Positions 58,876 through 64,000 of a DNA stretch of 64,000 nucleotides are shown in pieces. The notes under the pieces were generated by a model. That model saw nothing but the letters and a program-made list of their open reading frames with translations. It made no database searches and was not told the DNA's origin. Positions within the stretch are counted from its first letter, which is position 1. Each line of letters opens with the position of its first letter. This DNA comes from Natronomonas marina (GTDB taxonomy: Archaea; Halobacteriota; Halobacteria; Halobacteriales; Haloarculaceae), in the NCBI RefSeq assembly GCF_024298905.1, contig NZ_CP101154.1, positions 3,124,932 through 3,188,931 on the forward strand. The letters run 5' to 3'. Position numbers and translations under genes: made by a program.

Positions 58876-59805
58876 ATGAAACGGCGAGCCCTGCTTTCGA
58901 GCGCTGCAGTGGGGGTGGCCGGCATAGCTGGTTGCGCCGGTCCGGGAGACGAGAGGACACCGACATCTACTGCTGGCGATCCGGTTCAGACTGCGGCCGC
59001 GCGCTTCCAGACGGCGATCGACGAGTTCGACCGGTACACAGGGAGCCTTCAGCAGACCAGGCTAGACTACTCGAGTGAGACGGTTACGATCGCTCTCGAG
59101 GAAGGTCGGGCGGCACTCGAGACGGCACGGGACAGCAATCCGACCGACCGCCAGCAAGCTCAAATCGAGTATCTCGCAACGGTCGCCGATGCAATCGAGG
59201 CGACCGCCAAGGGGTACGGCGCGCTCGTCTCGCTCAGCGATCACCTCGGGTTGGCCGAGTCGTACGTCGACGCCAGCCGCCGCGAGGACGCCGTGGCCGA
59301 ACTGGACGCCGCGACGGATGACCTCGACACGGCCCGGACGCGCCTCGATACAGGGATCGGTGACGTCCGGTCCGCCCGAGAGATGGACGTGGCACTGGAG
59401 ACGGATCTGACGCTCGTCGAGTGGCGTCAGCGCCTCGTCCAGTCCGTCGACACACTCGACGCCGTCAAGGCCGCCATCGCTGGCTACGAGCACGAAACCA
59501 CCGGACGGTTGCGGTACGACGACGGCGTCGGTCGCGTGGATTCCGAAGACTACGAAGAGGCGGTTGCAGCCTTTGAGGAAGCCTTCCAGTCTTTCGGCCG
59601 GGCACTCGAGGATTACGACACCGCCGAACAGCGGGCCACGGACAGCTACAAGCAGCAGTTGATCCAGCGCCGCTGTCGAATCGAGGGGTATCGGACCGCC
59701 GCGGAGTTAGCCTTCGACGGCGCAAAACTCTACGACGAGGGAGCGTTCGACGCGGCCGACGAGAAGTTCGTGGAGGCCCGTGAGGCGTTGAATCGGGACT
59801 GCTAA
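58876..59805 (+). CDS. Lipoprotein, hypothetical (helical)
   Basis: 309 aa. Signal plus lipobox (VAGIAGCAG), and the body is Ala/Glu/Asp-rich and predicted helical. Confidence 0.6.
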   Translation: MKRRALLSSAAVGVAGIAGCAGPGDERTPTSTAGDPVQTAAARFQTAIDEFDRYTGSLQQTRLDYSSETVTIALEEGRAALETARDSNPTDRQQAQIEYLATVADAIEATAKGYGALVSLSDHLGLAESYVDASRREDAVAELDAATDDLDTARTRLDTGIGDVRSAREMDVALETDLTLVEWRQRLVQSVDTLDAVKAAIAGYEHETTGRLRYDDGVGRVDSEDYEEAVAAFEEAFQSFGRALEDYDTAEQRATDSYKQQLIQRRCRIEGYRTAAELAFDGAKLYDEGAFDAADEKFVEAREALNRDC

Positions 59806-59818
59806 TTATCCGTGTGTA

Positions 59819-60028
59819 GTGACCGGTATGTCTTTACCAGTCCGCCACGGTAGGACTCTGAGAATGCCCCTCCAATACATCCTCCCCGCTCTGATGGGAT
59901 TCGTGTTCGTGATGACTGCTGCCTATGCCGGCACGCTTCGTGCCTTGGAAGTATACTTTGACCCTGACCAAGACAGCGTCTTTCTCTCGGATGATCTCGA
60001 ACCCCATGGTGAACAACAACGTCACTAG
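59819..60028 (+). CDS. Small single-TM protein, hypothetical
   Basis: 69 aa with a hydrophobic helix (LQYILPALMGFVFVMTAAYAG). It sits in a low-GC patch, and an alternative ORF on the opposite strand (59834-60037) cannot be excluded. Confidence 0.25.
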   Translation: MTGMSLPVRHGRTLRMPLQYILPALMGFVFVMTAAYAGTLRALEVYFDPDQDSVFLSDDLEPHGEQQRH

Positions 60029-60040
60029 CTGTATCACCGA

Positions 60041-60301
60041 TCACACTATCGCGGCGAACCGGAGGTAGACGAGGTAGCCGAACACCAGAAAGCAGACGAC
60101 GACGAGCAGTCGAATCGGGCGCCAGCAGGCCGGCCGTTCCTCTGGCGGGGCGAAAAGCTGTATCGCCACGAGCAGGCCGATGAACGAGACGACGAAGTAG
60201 GTCTCGACGAGGAACCGCCCGAGCGCGACGAGGGCCGCGAGTGCGACCACCATCCACGCCGCCTGTGTCACCACGACCCTGTCCCGGTTGGCGTTCGGCA
60301 T
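60041..60301 (-). CDS. Small membrane protein, hypothetical
   Basis: 86 aa with two or three TM helices (…AAWMVVALAALVALGRF…FIGLLVAIQLFAP…LLVVVCFLVFGYLVYL…). Confidence 0.45.
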   Translation of the reverse strand: MPNANRDRVVVTQAAWMVVALAALVALGRFLVETYFVVSFIGLLVAIQLFAPPEERPACWRPIRLLVVVCFLVFGYLVYLRFAAIV

Positions 60302-60497
60302 CGTCCATACCGGGGGAGGCGAGCCACCTCGTTATTCCTCACCTACCCGCGGCGTAGACCGGAGGGTAGCGGTTCGTCCCCCGACGGCCCGCGGATGGAG
60401 ACGGATTAGCAGCCCCATTACTACGCGGTATTGACCGCTAGACCGAGCGAACGGAGCGTCGGACGACCGGCTTCCACCGCCGTCGACAGGGGACACC

Positions 60498-62321
60498 ATG
60501 TCAGTCAACGAATCGAAACCGATACCGAAGCTGTTCGCGGTCCTGGGAGTGTTCCTGCTGGTCGTGGCGGTGTCGGTGCTTCTGTCCGTCCCACCGGCGT
60601 CCGGCTACGAGATTTACATCTACACCGCCTACCCGTGGTACTTCTGGGTGTCCATCGTCGGTGCCATCGTCGCCGGACAGCTGGTCGTGCTCTCGAGCGC
60701 CGACAACGACGACCTCGGGACGTTCGGGGCGATGCTCGCCATCGGCTCGGTCGTCACGCTGACGCTGCTGCCGTACGTCCGGGGGTATCCCGTGTACGGG
60801 CGCGCGGACGTGCTGACGCACCTCGGGATGGTCCACGACATCGGGGAGTTCGGGATCGCGGGGAACATCTACCCGCCGACGCACCTGCTCGTGGGGGCGC
60901 TGTCGGGAGCCACGGGACTGGAGCCGATGACACTCATCAACGTCCTGCCCGTCGCCTTCACCGTCGTGTTCCTGGGGTCGATGTACCTCCTCGTCGAGGC
61001 GCAGTTCGTCGACCGAAAGCGGGCGGCCTTCGCCCTCCCGTTCGTGCTGCTTCCGGTGCTCGGCTCCTCGCACGTAACGGCGGTGCCGTTCGTGTTGAGC
61101 CTGCTTTTGACGCCCTTCGCGCTGTACCTCCTCGTCTCCGAACGACGGACGGCCGCCGTCCCGGTTCGGGCGATGCTCGTCCTCGCCGTCGTCGGCGTGG
61201 TGCTTTTCCACCCGCTGACGGCGCTTTTCTTCCTGGCCGCGCTCGTGGTGTACGCCGCCAGCGAGCGGGTACTGGCGGCGGACGGACCGTCGCCGTCGCC
61301 GACGAACGTGGCCTCGCTCACTGTCGTCGTCTTCAGCGCGTGGTACCTGAGCTTCGTCGGCATCCTCATCCGGTTCCGAAACGTCGTCACCGGCCTCCTG
61401 AGCCGGGGCGGAGGCGAATCGCAACTGCAAGGGACCGTCGACACCGTCGAGCGGACCTCCGCGGAGATGAGCGACGTACTCAAGATAGCGGTCCTCGAGT
61501 ACGGCGCTACCGGGGTCTTCTACGGCCTCGCAACGACGTTTCTCGCGGCCGTGGTCCTGTGGTGGCTGATGGGCCGAGTGCAGCCGAGGCGATTCGTCGC
61601 CGTGTTCGGCGCGACGACCGTCCTGTTCGCCGGGCTGTCGGTCGTCTTCCTGACGAACGACCTCATCGTCGGGTTCGGGCGACCCCTGGCGTTCGGGAAG
61701 ATCTTCGCGGCGGTGCTGGCCGGCGGGGCCTGGTACGCGGTCTGGCAGCGAACCGACCGGACCGCTGGACGGGCGGCGGTAGCCGTCGCCCTCGGCGCGC
61801 TGCTCGTGGTGGTCGTGCTCCTGTCGGTCGCCAGCATGTTCAGTTCGCCGCTGGTCGCAAAGACCAACCAGCAGGTGACACAGATGGAACTGGACGGGAT
61901 GGAGTGGACCTTCGAGAACCGAAACGAGGAGCTCCTCATCGACGAGTTCGGCATCGACCAGTACCGGTTCTACGACATGCGAAACGGCCTGGAGACGTCC
62001 TCGGAGACCGTCCGCCGGAGCGACACGAATCCCCCCGCCCACTTCAATTACACCACCTACGAGACGCTCGGCCGGAGTTACGAGTCGGATCGCTACTTCG
62101 TCCTGACGCGGCTCGGCCGGATCACCTACCCCGCGAAGTTCCCCGGCTACCGCGACCAGTGGCAGTACACCCCCGCCGACTTCGACCGCCTCGAGTACGA
62201 CTCCTCGGTCGGGCAGGTGTACGACAACGGCGAGTTCGACACCTACCTCGTCAACGGCACGCGTCGATCGACGGACGCCGAGCGAGCGACGACGGCCGGC
62301 CGGGTTCCACGGGCCCAGTGA
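60498..62321 (+). CDS. Large polytopic membrane protein with a C-terminal soluble domain (possible GT-C-like glycosyltransferase or polysaccharide polymerase), hypothetical
   Basis: 607 aa. There are about 12 TM helices in the first 430 aa, then a roughly 170-aa hydrophilic domain. It lies in the glycan cluster. Confidence 0.65.
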   Translation: MSVNESKPIPKLFAVLGVFLLVVAVSVLLSVPPASGYEIYIYTAYPWYFWVSIVGAIVAGQLVVLSSADNDDLGTFGAMLAIGSVVTLTLLPYVRGYPVYGRADVLTHLGMVHDIGEFGIAGNIYPPTHLLVGALSGATGLEPMTLINVLPVAFTVVFLGSMYLLVEAQFVDRKRAAFALPFVLLPVLGSSHVTAVPFVLSLLLTPFALYLLVSERRTAAVPVRAMLVLAVVGVVLFHPLTALFFLAALVVYAASERVLAADGPSPSPTNVASLTVVVFSAWYLSFVGILIRFRNVVTGLLSRGGGESQLQGTVDTVERTSAEMSDVLKIAVLEYGATGVFYGLATTFLAAVVLWWLMGRVQPRRFVAVFGATTVLFAGLSVVFLTNDLIVGFGRPLAFGKIFAAVLAGGAWYAVWQRTDRTAGRAAVAVALGALLVVVVLLSVASMFSSPLVAKTNQQVTQMELDGMEWTFENRNEELLIDEFGIDQYRFYDMRNGLETSSETVRRSDTNPPAHFNYTTYETLGRSYESDRYFVLTRLGRITYPAKFPGYRDQWQYTPADFDRLEYDSSVGQVYDNGEFDTYLVNGTRRSTDAERATTAGRVPRAQ

Positions 62322-62349
62322 CCGCTCGGCGACCATCGGAACGGCTGTA

Positions 62350-62930
62350 GTGTGGTATGATGCAATTACAGCGGTAGCGAAGCGAAAGCCCACCCGTTCA
62401 CGGGTAGGGATGAAGCCGACAACTGGGAATCTATCCACGAGGGTGCGCAGCCCCGGAGTTTTATAGTTGAGTAGGGCGTAAAAAGGCCGTACCGAGGCGG
62501 TCGAGCCGCCCGAATAAACGGATAATATCGGGATTCGGGCCACACCACGTCTGAATCTGAAGGAATCCCCTTCGGGGCCGCTGGCTGTGGATTCCGACAC
62601 ACGGTACCTCTGAATCCCATGCCGGGATAGGAGTAACGGCGGCTTGGCCCCGCCAGCAGTCCCGTCATGCCGACGAGACTGCAAACCTGAAACTCCCAAC
62701 GTGGGAATCCCACGGCGTCAGCCGTGGGAGGAGGTCAACCGTTCTTCCGTCCCGTAATGGGTCGTTAACTGTCCGGCAGTCCCCCGGTATCGGGGCCGAG
62801 ACCCCGGTTCGAGAGGCGATACGGAACGTGACAGTTTCGACGATAGTCATCGATATTCCGGTATTCCAACGTGGAATTCAGGGAGTAATGAATATATAAG
62901 TTAAGAAACACTTATGGGCCGTAGGGTACC
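62350..62930. ncRNA. Candidate structured non-coding RNA (identity unknown)
   Basis: A 580-bp ORF-free, lower-GC stretch packed with perfect hairpins. These are GGAATCC-CC(UUCG)GG…GGATTCC (62562-62600), CGTGGGA-ATC-CCACG / CCACGGC-GTCA-GCCGTGG (62698-62730), GCCCGAAT…ATTCGGGC (62505-62545) and GGCGG-TCGAG-CCGCC (about 62488). The strand is undetermined. Confidence 0.35.
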
Positions 62931-62942
62931 ACTACCGGCCGC

Positions 62943-63149
62943 ATGGCACGCAAGCTGGCACACGAAGACGACGGCGAGAGCGGAGAAGCCACCGACACCG
63001 GCGGGAAGGGCGGGTTGCTCCTCGACAGACGGCGATACGTCAAACTCGGCGCCGCGGCGGTGGGCGTCGTCGCAACGGGCAGCTGGGGCGGCACCGCCCA
63101 GTCCGGCGGCACGACCTACTGGACGGACTTCAGCGAGGGACAGCTATGA
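62943..63149 (+). CDS. Tat signal peptide ORF (probably the N-terminus of the downstream beta-helix protein, separated by a frameshift)
   Basis: 68 aa, …LDRRRYVKLGAAAVGVVATGSWGG…, a twin-arginine signal with no mature domain. It ends in a stop overlapping the ATG of the next gene, which is in the -1 frame. Confidence 0.45.
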   Translation: MARKLAHEDDGESGEATDTGGKGGLLLDRRRYVKLGAAAVGVVATGSWGGTAQSGGTTYWTDFSEGQL

Positions 63150-64000
63150 CGACGCTGGACGTCACCGACTACGGCGCGGCGGGCGACGGGAGTACCGACG
63201 ACCGGGCCGCGATACAGGCCGCCATCGACGACGCCGCCGCCGGTGACACGGTGTACCTCCCGGCGACGGCGGACGCCTACGTGGTCTCGACGTCGACGCC
63301 CGGCACCGGCTGTGTCACCGTCGACGGCGACAGCCACCCGGACGACCTCACCATCACGGGCGACGGCCCGGACTCGACGATACGACTCGCCGACGACGGC
63401 GACCACGACGACATCAACCTCTTCGTGCTGCGCGTGATGCCGAACTCCACCGGCATCCTGGGGCTGGAAATCCGGAATCTCACCGTCGACGGCAACCGCC
63501 AGAACGTCGGCACCACCGGCAGCCACAGCGGTATCAACATCTCACAGAAGGACTCCACCGCCAGTGTCGACGACGTGGACGTCCTCGTCGAGGACGTCGA
63601 AATCCGCTCGACGCACGGCACCGGCATCTACTTCTGGTACGGCAACACCCGGGCCAACCGCGTGACGACCGACGACACCGGCAGCCACGGCTTCCAGATA
63701 AGTGGCGAGCACCACGACGGCAAGCCCGTCACGATCACGAACTGTCTGGCGAAGAACAACGGCCAGACCGAGGTCGGTCGGTACGGCTTCGACCAGTCCG
63801 GCGGATGGGGCATCGTCGAGGACTCGGTGGCGTACAACTGCCAGCAGGCGACGAAGGTCACCGACGACGTCACCCGCGCCGAGTACCGCCGGTTCCGGGG
63901 GACGGACTCCCGGGAGGCCGCCGGCTTCCAGCGGCCCAGCGACCGCAACGGCGCACAGGTGTACTGGGGCGACTGCGTCTTCGAGAACAACCCCGGGCAG
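63146..64000 (+). CDS. Right-handed parallel beta-helix protein (pectate-lyase-3/GH28-like); runs off the window
   Basis: Hand translation gives MTTLDVTDYGAAGDGSTDDRAAIQAAIDDAAAGDTVYLPA…, the canonical N-terminus of the pectate lyase superfamily, with repeated beta-helix coils. The frame stays open to position 64000. Confidence 0.75.
   Translation, partial: MTTLDVTDYGAAGDGSTDDRAAIQAAIDDAAAGDTVYLPATADAYVVSTSTPGTGCVTVDGDSHPDDLTITGDGPDSTIRLADDGDHDDINLFVLRVMPNSTGILGLEIRNLTVDGNRQNVGTTGSHSGINISQKDSTASVDDVDVLVEDVEIRSTHGTGIYFWYGNTRANRVTTDDTGSHGFQISGEHHDGKPVTITNCLAKNNGQTEVGRYGFDQSGGWGIVEDSVAYNCQQATKVTDDVTRAEYRRFRGTDSREAAGFQRPSDRNGAQVYWGDCVFENNPGQ

Noticed and set aside
62350-62930. Tested the region as RNase P RNA or as containing a tRNA
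   Set aside because: Neither strand has the universal P4 cores (GGAAAGUCCGGGC / ACAGAANCCGGCUUA), and there is no T-loop (GGTTCGAATCC-like) with an acceptor stem. I therefore left it unassigned.
1-64000. Searched for CRISPR arrays, tRNA/rRNA genes and direct repeat arrays
   Set aside because: No regularly spaced direct repeats or tRNA-like cloverleaf signatures were found by eye. The only repeats are the short amino-acid-level repeats noted in the stomatin tail.

Overview
This is a high-GC (about 65-70%) haloarchaeal chromosomal segment with acidic proteomes and many Tat signal peptides, consistent with Halobacteria. I can support about 60 protein-coding genes.

**Housekeeping genes**
- A trpC-trpB-trpA operon translationally coupled to a class I aldolase/ADH-synthase homolog.
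- Methionyl-tRNA synthetase, PEP synthase, a thermosome subunit, LonB protease with a co-operonic CPBP/Abi protease, NMN adenylyltransferase, MfnA decarboxylase and a stomatin/NfeD pair.

**Accessory features**
- An AT-rich island of about 3.3 kb (11.2-14.5 kb). It holds a Cys-rich HEXXH zincin-like protein, an IS5-family ISH element and a PQQ beta-propeller gene disrupted by that element.
- A two-subunit, Tat-exported GMC oxidoreductase.
- Two tandem paralogous modules, each a wHTH-transmembrane regulator next to a HalOD1-domain protein.
- A polysaccharide/glycan biosynthesis cluster of about 15 kb (48-64 kb). It includes GT2 and GT4 glycosyltransferases, a Wzx flippase, an FG-GAP protein, a heparinase II/III-like protein, a DUF1616 membrane protein, a large polytopic membrane protein and a beta-helix protein.
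- Two ORF-free, hairpin-dense regions that may be non-coding RNAs. One of these is a 580-nt region at 62.35-62.93 kb.

No tRNA, rRNA or CRISPR array was recognised. Most long ORFs opposite to or out of frame with the called genes are GC-driven artefacts.
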